43,408 nt of DNA. It comes from Reclinomonas americana ATCC 50394 (Eukaryota). The DNA is taken from NCBI GenBank assembly GCA_048213135.1, contig PS015037.1, positions 102,000 through 145,407 of the forward strand, read 5' to 3'. Every line of letters begins with the position of its first letter. Positions within the stretch are counted from its first letter, which is position 1. The notes beneath the pieces were generated by a model. It was given only the letters and a program-made list of their open reading frames with translations, was not told where the DNA came from and made no database searches. Made by a program: the position numbers and the translations under genes. Of the stretch, positions 34,676-43,408 are shown in pieces.

Positions 34676-35893
34676 GTAAGTGGGGTGGGGGGAGGGGAAG
34701 AACGAGCAAGGCCTTCACAAGATGGCAGCATCGATTGACATTGAAAGTCTGGGAGAGGGCGCGCGAGTGGTGCAAGAGAGGGAGGCAGTGAGTGGATAAG
34801 CAAAGCCTTCAACTAGAAGGCAGCCGTGCGAACCACTGCATCTTGTAGTGTGAGAGCGCAAGCGTGAGACGAAGATACAGATGGTGGCATGAGCATGCAA
34901 GAAGAGACTGAGAGAGAGATAGCGGATGAGAATGGACTGCACAAGAAGACAGCCATGCACCAGAGCATTTTGGAGTGTGAGTGAGCAAAGCATGAGACGA
35001 TGGGACAAAAAGTGGCATACGCTATGAGAAATACTGGATAGTCTGAGAGAGATCGCGCGAGTGATGCAGGGGGAGGGAGAGAGAGAGAGAGGACTACACA
35101 AAGGCAGTCACCCAACCCACCAGTGTAGAGCAAAATATCGAGCCAAACGAGAGAGATGGCGTTGCATGCTGGGATACTTGCCACAGTTAAACTGATTGCG
35201 AGAGAGGTAGTGAAGGCGATAGCATTTGAGCATGGATGATGAATGGTGTAGATCAGTAACTCGCAGAAAAGCTTGACGAAACGAGCTTCTGTTGGCACAG
35301 AGCAACATCTGCGCGTGTGTGTGAGAGGGAGAGAGAGAAACACAGTGAGGACAGCGAAGACGATCGCAGCCTGAGAACAGAAGGGGTAATAGGAGAGAGC
35401 AGCAGGGACTCGGAGAAAATTGGGCACGAGAGGGAGAGAGAGACATGGAACAATTCGCTTGCTGCAATCGCGCTTACGTTACGTGTTTTTGCATGTGNNN
35501 NNNNNNNNNNNNNNNNNGAGAGAGAGAGAGAGAGAGAGTGAGTGAGTGTGAGTGAGTGGGAGTAGAAGAAGAGTCAGAGAAACGAAACATAAAGGGAATA
35601 CAGTAAAGATGTAAGCATGGAAGCGTGAGAGAAAGAGAAAGTGAAAGAGAGAGAGAGTGTGTGTGTGTCTGTGTGTGTGTGCGTGTGTGTGGACTCTGAT
35701 TCAGTCCATCTTCTCTGCACTCCTCCGACTAACTCACTGTTCTCCTCGTTGCTCTCTCTCTCTCTCATGGTATGGCGATGACGTGAGGCTTCAGCTGGAG
35801 ACACTTCCACAATCAGCGTGACACAAGAATGTGCGAGAGACGAACAAATGACAGTGACACACGACGAGTACATGCGCCAGAGACAAGCACAAG

Positions 35894-35930
<37 letters not shown>

Positions 35931-36145
35931 GCTCACAAACAAAGCAAGCGCGCAGAGGAGTGCACACCAGAGAGAAAAACACACAACTCGCTTTCTCGCA
36001 CACACGCATACACACGAGACGCACACACAGACAACACAGTCACATTACCATGATGAGTTGCGTGAGTTTTATGCGTGCGCGCGAAAAACAGCAGCAGGGA
36101 CAGATCACCACGCCACGTCCCGCTCTCGCGCACACACAGTTCCGG

Positions 36146-39100
36146 ATGTCGTCGGCGGCGAGCTACGTCGTCTCATGGAGCTCACTCCACGACGCACTTG
36201 CGCCCGCGGATGGCGCCATTATGATCGCCGACGATGCGGCGGACGACAGCCTGGTGTTTGATGTCGAGGAAGAGGAGGAGGAGGAGGCAGCGGAAGAGCA
36301 CATCACACGCACGTTATGGGAGGCCGCGGATCGTGATCGTGTGGAGAGAGCGTTGCGCGTGGTCCGAGAGCAGGTGGCTGCGGCCGATGTGCTGCTACAG
36401 AGTTACACACTCCTATATCACGCTCCCTCTGTCTGTGTGTTCTCCACTGACACACACGCGCGTCTCTCTCTTAGCTGCGAGGTACCGCGAGTGTTTTGCT
36501 GTGTTGACGCGTCTGCTGCGGAGGCAATTGCCGCGGTGGGAGGATGCCGATGCGGGTGTGGCGAGAATGGAGGTGGAGACCATGAGTCATGCGTATGAGG
36601 GAGCGTGTCGTGTGGTGGTGCCGCTGCGCGAGGCGCTCTTGCGGCTGCGCATGGTGGGCGAGAGGTTGCGCGGAGATCTGTGGCGGTGGACCGGCAATTG
36701 TGAGCTGGCGGAGATGCAGCAGGTGCGTCCGTGTGCGAGGAGGCAGCAGTTGTCCGACGCGAGGTCGGTGCTTACGCGCGCACGCACTCGTGTAGAAGCG
36801 TACACTGGAGTGTGCCGTGCAGAGGCTGGGATTGCCGGAGGACGATGATCCGGATGTGATTGGCGTGCGGAGTGCGCTGGCGGATGCCATGTGGTCGCTT
36901 GGCAAGTACGATGAGGCCATGGTGCGTTTCGCTGCGGACCGCAGAGCGTGATCGTGTGGAGCTCACATGCGCGCTCGTACACAGCCAAAGCACCGACGGG
37001 TGCTGGAGTGTCGAGTGCGGGTGCTGGGGCGGGAGCACGATGCAACGCTTCTCACGCAGTACCACCTCGGAGTGTGCTATTTTTTCCGGGGCTTCGTGGA
37101 CGAGGCGCGTACGCTGCTGGAGAGTACGTTTGTCGAGCGTCGACGAACGAGCATGACCACGCGTGAGTCGTTGCAGGCGCTGCATGCGCTGGCCATGACG
37201 CTGCCACGTGGCTCCACCCGGGCGTTGCAGCTGCAGTCGGCGTGTACGCTGCTGAGGAGGCGTGTCCTCGGTCCGCGCCACCCCGACACACTGCGCTCGA
37301 TGAACAACATCTCGTTGGAGATGAGGGCCAGCAATCACTTGGCGGCGGCCGTGCGACTCAATCGCTACTGTCTGGCGGTGCGCGTGGCTGACATGGGTGA
37401 ACTGCACCACGACACTTGTTGCGTCCTCCCTATTTTTTTGCTTCCCTTCCCCTGTCCACTGTCACCTCACCTCCGCTCTCGTCGACCAGGTGCCTCGTTG
37501 CACAATCTGGCCGTGTGTCTGCACAGCATGGTGCCGCCGCAGGATGCCGACGCTGGACGCCTGCTGGCGGTGACCACCAAGCTGGCGGTGGATGTGATGG
37601 GAGGGACGCATCCGGAGGCCGAAAAGTCCGCCGCCGGTCTCAGTGTGGTGGAGACGTGCTTGCGCCGCCAAGCATATCCGCAGTTGGAGGCGATTCTGGA
37701 GGAGTACAAGGTCTTGGGGGAGCGCGTGGCTGCCGTACTGCAGGCACGGCATGCCATTCGTGAGTGCCAGATGGAGGAGAGGAGAATACGAGCGGCACTC
37801 CGCCATTTACGATTGGTGGCGGGGTCGGGAGGTGGGTGTTGTTGTTGACTACTCTCACAGCCTGTCGTCATCTCTCTCCTCCTCCTCCTCCTTCATCTCT
37901 TTGTTACTCCTGCTGCTGCTGCTGTTGTCGTTATCGCTGTTGTTGTTGTTGTTGCTTTTTGCGTCTTCTTCTCCCGTCCTCCGTGTTGTTCCTTCTGCTG
38001 CTGCTGCTGCTGAGGTTCTTGTTCTTGTTGTTGTTCGTGTTCTTATTCTTCGTCTCCATCTTCGTCTGCGTGCTCTTTTCCTTCGTCTCTTTGTCATTCC
38101 TGCTGCTGCTGTTGTAGTTGTCGTTGTCTCTGTTATTGTTGTTGCTTTCTGCGTCATCTTCTATTCCTTTTTCGCCTGCCGTGCTCTTCTTGTTATTCCT
38201 GCTGATGTTCTTGTTGTTATTGTTGCCAATCTTCATCTTCTGCTTGGGCGTCGACCACATTCATGTTGTCCCTCTCCACCACCGCCGCCTCCTCTAATTT
38301 TTCATCCTCCTCTCCTTCTTGTTCTCCTTCTTCTTCGTCTGCCGTCCTCTTCTTATCCTCCGTTGTTGTTGCTGTTGTTATTCTTCCTGTTGTCTTTCTC
38401 CTCATTCACCTCCTCCTTGTTTTCCTCCTCCTCCCCCTCTTCCTTGTTCTCCTTCTTCGTCTGCTCTTCTCCTTCGTCTCTTTGTTGTTCCTGCTGCTCA
38501 GCAGCTCTTGCTGTGCTCGCGTGTGGTTGTTGTAGTTGAATCTGTGTCCTTTTCTTCTCTTCACCACCGCCACCTCTATTTTTTCATCTTCCTCTCTTGT
38601 CCTCCTCCTCCTTGTTCTCCTTCTTCTTCGTCTGCCGTCCTCTTCTTATCCGCCGTTGTTGTTGCTGTTGTTATTCTTCCTGTCGTCTTTCTCCTCATTC
38701 ACCTCCTCCTTGTTTTCCTCCTCCTCCCCCTCTTCCTTGTTCTCCTTCTTCGTCTGCTCTTCTCATGCGTCTCTTTGTTGTTCCTGCTGCTGCTCTTGTT
38801 CGCGTGTGGTTGTTGTAGTTGAATCTGTGTCTTTTTCTTCTCTTCCCCTCCTCCTCCTCCCCCTCCTCCTCCCCTTCCTCCCCCTCCTCCTCCTCCTCCT
38901 TCTCCTCCTCCCCGCCCACCTTGCTCACCGCAAGCACCCCACAGAGGCTATGATCAACGACCTGGGCTTCATGAGTCTGGAGATTTGCGTGGAGCACACC
39001 TCATTAATGCGCCGGCGCAAGCAGGCAGTGGTGGACGCCCACAGCCCGCTGTCCCTCATCGCGACGGTGCCTGAGGGCGGAAGCCTTCCGGATGCCGCCA

Positions 39101-39219
39101 CGGAGACCGACGAGGCCATGCAGCTCGTCTTCCGCATGCTGCACGAGTGGGCGTCGTCGTCGCGCGAGATCCCATTATGCGAGTTGTTGGAACAACTCGA
39201 CCGAGACAATCCGCAATGA
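36146..39219 (+). CDS. TPR-repeat protein (kinesin-light-chain-like 42-aa TPRs); start and last exon tentative
   Basis: Spliced repeats DDDPDVIGVRSALADAMWSLGKYDEAM, VLGREHDATLLTQYHLG, VLGPRHPDTLRSMNNIS, DMGELHHDTCASLHNLA, VMGGTHPEAEKS. A possible long intron 37832-38944 joins in phase to a final exon ending 39219; otherwise the stop is at 37848. Confidence 0.75.
37865..38912. repeat. Pyrimidine-rich low-complexity tract containing an about 285-bp tandem duplication (38277-38561 / 38562-38844)
   Basis: Both copies share the block cttcgtctgccgtcctcttcttatcc...cgcgtgtggttgttgtagttgaatctgtgtc. No clean long ORF on the purine-rich strand. Confidence 0.8.
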
Positions 39220-39305
39220 ACAAAAATATTATGCACGTGGCGGGGAGGGCATGGGAGAGAGTAAGTGAGGGAGGGAGGGCTGTGCACGATGAGGAAGGAA
39301 AAAGG

Positions 39306-39314
39306 AAAAAAAAA
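39306..39314 (-). terminator. Pol III oligo-T terminator of tRNA-Val copy 1
   Basis: A-run on + (T9 on -) 4 nt downstream of the discriminator. Confidence 0.8.
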
Positions 39315-39318
39315 GACG

Positions 39319-39392
39319 TGTCCACGCCCGGGCTCGAACCGGGGACCTCACGCGTGTGAAGCGTGCGTCATAACCAACTAGACTACGCGGAC
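39319..39392 (-). tRNA. tRNA-Val (anticodon CAC), copy 1
   Basis: GTCCGCG/CGTGGAC acceptor stem, D-loop TAGTTGGTTA, anticodon arm CACGC-TTCACAC-GCGTG, T-loop GGTTCGAGCC, discriminator A, downstream oligo-T. Confidence 0.96.
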
Positions 39393-39534
39393 TGCACGCA
39401 TATCTCTTCGAATCTATCCTATGGCCCTGGTGACTACGGGGGCGGTGACAACAAAAAGAAAAAGAAAAGAAGAACGTGTGAGTTGGTGGTGCTCAGCCAT
39501 TGTGTGCATAATAATATGCTGCACTTAACAGGAG

Positions 39535-39548
39535 AAAAAAAAAGAAAC
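39535..39548 (-). terminator. Pol III oligo-T terminator of tRNA-Val copy 2
   Basis: TTTCTTTTTTTTT on - immediately downstream of the tRNA. Confidence 0.8.
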
Positions 39549-39549
39549 G

Positions 39550-39623
39550 TGTCCACGCCCGGGCTCGAACCGGGGACCTCACGCGTGTGAAGCGTGCGTC
39601 ATAACCAACTAGACTACGCGGAC
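39550..39623 (-). tRNA. tRNA-Val (anticodon CAC), copy 2, identical to copy 1
   Basis: Same 74-nt sequence 231 bp away, also followed by a T-run. Confidence 0.96.
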
Positions 39624-39854
39624 GTTGTTGGATGGGACACGTTCCTGAGTAACGTCTAGCTCGACCCCAAGTGGCGGGAATCGACAACTCGCTGGATCGA
39701 GTTCTTCTGTGTTCACACACTGACTGACACACACAAAATGCACGCACGCGCACACTCGCTGCTGTGCGTCAACAACGACATGCAAGCACAACCACAAACG
39801 AACTCAGCTTGCATGATGTGCCCCTGACACCAATCACATCACGAAACGTTTACG

Positions 39855-42652
39855 ATGCCACCAGTGAGCACTGCGCCCCTTCTCCCCATCTGTTCTCCCC
39901 CTTCCCCCGCGCTCACTCACACTCGCACACACATACACAGAAAGGGAAAAAGGGTGGCAAGAGCTCCGCAGCGGCCTCGTCAGTCTCCGGCGCAGGAGGT
40001 GGCGACGCAGCAGGCGCCGGCGAGTCCGTTGCGTCTCTCTCTCCTTCTCACTCCCTCTCTCTCTCTCACTCTCACTCACACATGCACACCACAAAACAGA
40101 TCGCCGACAAGGTGGAGGCCGCACGTCACGAACTCGAACAGCAGCGACAGATCATTGAGAGTCGACTGGCGGATGAGATGCGTGCGCGAAACTATGCACA
40201 GATGGAACGAGTTGCGTGCACACACACACACTCTTCCCACCTAACTCTCTCTCTCTCTCTCTCATCGCTCACCACCGCCCTTGTCTTGTTGCGCAGGATC
40301 AAGTGGCGACACTGTGGGTGACTGCACGACGCGACAAGGAGCGCTTGGAGCTGGAGATCGCCAAGACTGAGCATGGGGAGGAGTCGGCGGCGCAGCGGCA
40401 CTCGGCCGATGTGCGTGTGTTTCAGCAAAAGATCAAGGGTCTCTCGTATGAGCACCGTACGTTGTCGGAGCAGGCGTCGGAGCAGGCGTCGCGCATGTTG
40501 GGCGATGAGGTGTCGTCGCATAGGCTTCGTGTGCAGCGGATGAAGACGGATAGGTGTGTTTACGGGGAGAGAGAAGGATGGAGAGGAGAGGAGAGGATGC
40601 GGGGGAGAGGAGGGAGACAGGGAGATAGTGAAGGGGAGGAGGAGGGAGACAGGTTGTTGTCGCTCTTGCTCAGTTCACACCATTCACCCACACATCCACG
40701 CCAGCCCCCGATTGATGCAGTTCTTTGTAGCTGTGTTCTCTTCTCTCTTCGTGGCTTGCCTCACATATCACCTCCTCTCTCTTGTTCACATCTGCGATTT
40801 CTTGCTGTTCTGCGGGGGGTTTGTGGTTGTTTTCCTCTCCTCTCTCCTGGTTTCATGTCTGGCATGTGAACTGCTTCCCTTCATTTGTCGCTTCTCTTCC
40901 CCTCGTCGGTAGATGCCCACTGCTTTTCCCCACTTGTTGCACGCCTTGCTCATCGTCTGTGTTCATCCGTTGTAGAGGTACCCCATTGCTCTCCATCCCG
41001 CTCGTTCCATCCCCTGTAGTGGCTGTGTTTCTGTCTCCCTCCGCATGACTGCATTATCACTGTCCACGCAATTGTTATTGTTACTTCCTTCTCGTCTGCT
41101 CTTCGTGTTCCACTCACCCTCTGTTCTTGTCGACATCCTGTTCGTTGTCTCTCACCATTGAGTGCTCGTTATGACTCCTTCTCCCTCTCGCCTTCCCCCT
41201 TTTCCTCTTCCCCGTTTCTCACTTTCTCCCTCCCAGACAACTGGCCTACCGCGAGAATCTGGAGAGCAAGATGAAGCACGAGAAGGAGATCCAAAAGCTG
41301 ATCAAGAAGCACCTGGCGGCCGTGGAGCTCACGGAGCGCGAGCTGAAGGACCGTCTGACCAATCTGGAGGCCGCCTACAAGAAACAGCTCGAAAAGGTGC
41401 CGTGTCGCTCCTCCCACTCTCGTGCACAAGCACGCGTGCTCACACTGTTGCAGACTCGCCGTTTCCTCGACCTCCGTCGGCGCGCCGAGGTGCACCAGAT
41501 GAACGAGCACAAGAACTCGCACATTTTCACGATGATTGAGAGCCACAAGAAGGCGTTCGAGAACACGCGTCAGTACTACAACGAGGTGTTGGCGGTCAAC
41601 TTGGACATTGTGGCGCAGTTTAAGGACGAGTTGGCCGAGATGCGGTGCGTGGAATCCCTTTCGTGTGTCAAGAGGAGACACTCACACCTTTTTTACATCC
41701 GAGCGCAGCTCTCGCAACCTTGAGAAGAACGAAATGATTACGGAGATTGGTCGTGAGAATCTGAAGCTGAAGCCGCCGCTGCAGCGCGCAACGGAGGAGA
41801 AGCAAATGTTGATGGAGGCGCTGCAGGATGTTGCGTTGCTGCACACAGAGAGGCACATATATGTTGCTCACTTTTTGTGGTCGGTGTGCAGCGCGAGAAA
41901 GACACAGAGACGGGCCGCATGGTGCACGCGTCGCTGCAGAGGGCCGAGCAGGAGATGAGCGCGCTGCAGGAGGACTTGGCAGAGCTGCGTGGTAAACTGG
42001 ATCAAACCGAGCGTGAGCGCAACTCGTTCGCCGAGCGCATCATGAACATTCACGAGGAGCAGTCGAGCTCTGCGGCCATGCGCAACAGCGCGCTGGAGGT
42101 GAGTGTCTGCTCCACCCATCCGCTCTCCGTGATAGCGTTATTTTGGCTGACTTGTGACGTGCAGCTCGCCATTCAGCGGAGAGAGCAGGAGATTGTCACC
42201 CGCGAGGCGCAGATTCAGCAGGTGGTGCGCGAGTACCAGATCCACCCAGACGTCATGCAGAGTGTGGGCCAACGAGTACGTCCCGTTTGTCTTGCTTATG
42301 ATCGACTCAAGTGGTCTCACGCTCTTTCCCCGTACGCATAGTTGGAGGACGCTCTCGACGAGCAGACGGCACTGATCGACCAGCTGGAGTTCGAGGTGGC
42401 CAAAGTCGCCAAGGTCGGTTTTCTCTCTTGTGGCGTCGTTGTGATTTTCTGCGCCTGACGCACACACACTCTCTCTCTGCCACCTCAAAGGCGCGCGAGG
42501 ATGCCGTGCAAGTGTACCGCACCAAGCTGCTGGAGATGGGCGTGCCACCGTCCGACGTACCACCCCCCGACCCACTGTGGCCCGAGGACTACCCAATCCC
42601 CGATGTCATGTTCCGCACCACCAAGGCACCGGCTGGACTTGTCGTCGGCTGA
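39855..42652 (+). CDS. GAS8: Dynein regulatory complex subunit 4 (GAS8/trypanin family); 11 exons
   Basis: MPP|KGKKGGK start; EMRARNYAQMER|DQVATLW; RHSADVRVFQQKIKGLSYEH; LDLRRRAEVHQMNEHKNSHIFTMIESHKKAFENTRQYYNEVLAVNLDIV; ENLKLKPPLQRA; C-terminal PAGLV. All are hallmark GAS8 segments, joined in frame by 10 GT-AG introns. Confidence 0.92.
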
Positions 42653-42818
42653 GCCACTTCCTCGCCCAGGTCGGCGGCGTGAGGCCTTTTGTGATAGTAA
42701 AGCTGCATGGCAATCAGCAAGGGATGTGGAGCGGCAGAGTATTGGGTGGAGGGTGCTGACGGTCAGAATTGTTGGAACAGGAAGAACAGGAAGAAGAAGA
42801 AGAGGAAGAACAGCGAAA

Positions 42819-42897
42819 AACAAAACACTTTCCAGATCCACATTGCAATAATGCGACAAATGTCCACAAATCTCTTGCCGACAATGACCTTAGTACA
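42819..42897. repeat. Dispersed about 80-bp repeat, copy B
   Basis: Matches 31585-31663; flanked by (GAA)n-like simple repeats. Confidence 0.8.
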
Positions 42898-43137
42898 CCA
42901 GCAATATACAAAGCACATAATTACTCTTCTCCAACAGTCATCTTCCATTTCAGGAGGCAGAGCCAATCAAACGAAAGAAGAAGAAGAAGAAGAAGAAGAG
43001 CAAATTAGATCCAGAAAAGGTCATTCTTTCTTCTCTCTTCTCCCTTCTCCATTCTCAAGGTTGGCCATCGCCTTCCCGCACTTCGCCTCAACAATTGCCG
43101 GCGTCCCCCTGTCCTCCGACTCATAATTGTCTCACTG

Positions 43138-43248
43138 ATGGATCGCAAGCGAAGGATCGACCTCTCAGAGGCCAGTGGCAGTGGCGCAGCTGCTCCAGTT
43201 GACGATGGCGAGCCGCCATCAAAGCGACCGAACCCTGGCGCGGGTCTC
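43138..43248 (+). CDS. Probable first exon of a gene running off the window
   Basis: MDRKRRIDLSEASGSGAAAPVDDGEPPSKRPNPGAGL (NLS-like) followed by a GTTGCGT donor at 43249. Confidence 0.5.
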
Positions 43249-43408
43249 GTTGCGTTTTTGTCTCTCTTACACACGCGCGTTGTGCATGTGAATGTGCACG
43301 AGTGTGCAAACTGGCGCCCTCGCCCTCTGACACGCACTCTCCTCTCACGCGCATGCACTCTCTCTATGTGCTGTTTGTGTGCCTCTGTGTGTGTAACAGA
43401 GAGGAGGG

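Noticed and set aside
34690-35760. Coding or mobile-element content in the GA-rich interval
   Set aside because: Purine-rich low-complexity sequence with a gap; no convincing exon chain, TIR, LTR or transposase motif found.
37643-38822. Long hydrophobic + strand ORFs (poly-L/V/F) as membrane proteins
   Set aside because: Translation artefacts of CTT/GTT/CCT simple repeats; several overlapping frames look the same.
39658-39703. Possible hairpin or small RNA upstream of the tRNAs (agctcga...tcgagtt)
   Set aside because: Only a short imperfect stem, with no recognisable snRNA/snoRNA motifs or terminator.

Overview
Intron-rich, microsatellite-rich genomic DNA from a eukaryote that has a motile cilium/flagellum (GAS8/DRC4) and mitochondria (FAD-linked D-lactate dehydrogenase). 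The taxon cannot be determined from this window, and several N gaps hide exons. The ORF track is mostly noise because exons are short, so I traced genes by hand across roughly 100 mostly 55-100 nt introns. Contents: (1) a giant minus-strand polycystin-1-like gene (77-16820: signal peptide, alternating Ig/IPT-like modules and NHL propellers, CUB, REJ, PKD1-type TM2-TM5, no pore domain); (2) a RING-H2 E3 ligase; (3) a disordered SIM-bearing protein; (4) two tandem secreted Ntn-hydrolases (peptidase C45/acid-ceramidase-like); (5) D-lactate dehydrogenase; (6) an EF-hand-like gene with a 7-nt microexon; (7) a TPR protein; (8) two identical tRNA-Val(CAC); (9) GAS8; plus gene fragments and repeats. 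The most striking signal is splicing-related. About a quarter of traced introns (25 frame-supported cases in 10 genes) start with the atypical donor GTTGCG(T), which is the locally common GTGCGT with one extra T. This donor is used almost only when the last exon base is not G (22/25), whereas ordinary donors almost always follow G. This suggests a second, register-shifted class of 5' splice site used genome-wide. All splice calls are inferred from reading frame and homology, not from RNA data.
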